Below are positions 63,366-64,000 of a stretch of 64,000 nucleotides of DNA, piece after piece; position 1 is the first letter of the stretch; each line of letters starts with the position of its first letter. The stretch lies in the IMG/VR virus record IMGVR_UViG_3300045988_005640; one strand, 5' to 3'. The notes under the pieces were generated by a model. It saw nothing but the letters and a program-made list of their open reading frames with translations. It made no database searches and was not told the origin of the DNA. This DNA is from a virus. Taxonomy: Duplodnaviria > Heunggongvirae > Uroviricota > Caudoviricetes. Both the position numbers and the translations under genes were made by a program.

Positions 63366-64000
63366 ATGACTAAATCACTTTATGCAGTACCAGCAGGTTT
63401 AAATGCAGATGCTTACAAATCTGGTCATGTTTACCAGTATCCTAGCGCAACAGAGTACTTGATGTTCAATCTGACACCACGTAGCGACAAATGGTTTAAC
63501 AGCCCCTTAGCAATTGACGGTGTAGTGGCTTTTGGTATTCAACGTTTTGTTAAAGATTACTTGATAGACCACTGGAATGCCACTTTCTTTGAACGTGATA
63601 AAAAAGAAGCCATTGATGAAATCTTAGAAGTCATGAATGGTGTTCTGGGTAAAGATGCTATCGGTCGAGAGCATTGGGAAGCACTTCACGACTTAGGTTA
63701 TCTACCAGTTGAAGTATACGCTGTAGAAGAAGGCACAGTTGTTCCAATGCGTGTCCCGATGATTGTCTTTCAGAACACTGTTTCAGGTTTTCATTGGGTA
63801 GCAGGTTATCTGGAAGATGCTTTCTCTGCTGAAATTTGGAAGGCTTGTACCATTGCAACTATTGCATTGCATTACAAACGCATCTGTAAGAAGTGGGCTG
63901 ACCTTACTTGTGACAATGACTTACATTTACCTTATCAGTGCCATGATTTTGCTATGCGTGGTATGTCCGGCTTTACTGATGACGCATTTAACGCTGTAGG
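63366..64000 (+). CDS. nadV: nicotinamide phosphoribosyltransferase (NAMPT/NadV), 3' end beyond window (partial)
   Basis: Hand translation from ATG 63366 is open to the window end; MTKSLYAVPAGLNADAYKSGH.., LPVEVYAVEEGTVVP and HDFAMRGMS match conserved NAMPT segments. Confidence 0.8.
   Translation, partial: MTKSLYAVPAGLNADAYKSGHVYQYPSATEYLMFNLTPRSDKWFNSPLAIDGVVAFGIQRFVKDYLIDHWNATFFERDKKEAIDEILEVMNGVLGKDAIGREHWEALHDLGYLPVEVYAVEEGTVVPMRVPMIVFQNTVSGFHWVAGYLEDAFSAEIWKACTIATIALHYKRICKKWADLTCDNDLHLPYQCHDFAMRGMSGFTDDAFNAV

Overview
This window reads as a 64-kb slice of a virulent, tailed-phage genome; no host chromosome is apparent. Gene content suggests a Felix-O1-like (Ounavirinae-like) myovirus, but that placement is inference from content, not a search result. 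All calls were made by eye from the sequence and the ORF track; no tRNAscan, BLAST or HMM search was run. Layout: (1) 1-2156, a leftward operon of small genes including two paralogs, one ending in Ig-like repeats. (2) 2385-4253, a small ORF and a 471-aa vWA (MIDAS) protein with possible Ro60/TROVE-like character. (3) 4419-9791, a dense array of about 27 hand-folded tRNA genes whose anticodons appear to cover all 20 amino acids, interleaved with an Hjc-like PD-(D/E)xK nuclease ORF, a membrane-protein ORF, conserved hairpins and a four-copy family of stem-closed elements. One of these elements encloses a circularly permuted tRNA-like module; this, together with the upstream vWA protein, is the most interesting candidate system (a possible Ro/Y-RNA-like tRNA mimic). 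(4) 10014-33139, a rightward morphogenesis module: large terminase, portal, S49-type prohead protease/scaffold, capsid, neck, sheath, tube, tape measure, baseplate, and two tail-fibre proteins with tail-collar domains and His-X-His repeats. (5) 33822-43541, a leftward early/replication block: thymidylate synthase, DHFR, an HTH regulator, ATP-dependent DNA ligase, many small ORFs and family-A DNA polymerase. (6) 43800-64000, rightward nucleotide-metabolism and replication genes: dNMP kinase, T7-gp4-like primase-helicase, SSB-like protein, FEN-type 5'-3' exonuclease, three homing-endonuclease-like ORFs, class I RNR (nrdA, nrdB, glutaredoxin), anaerobic RNR (nrdD, nrdG), PRPP synthetase and a 3'-truncated nicotinamide phosphoribosyltransferase. 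No integrase, CRISPR array or endolysin was recognised.
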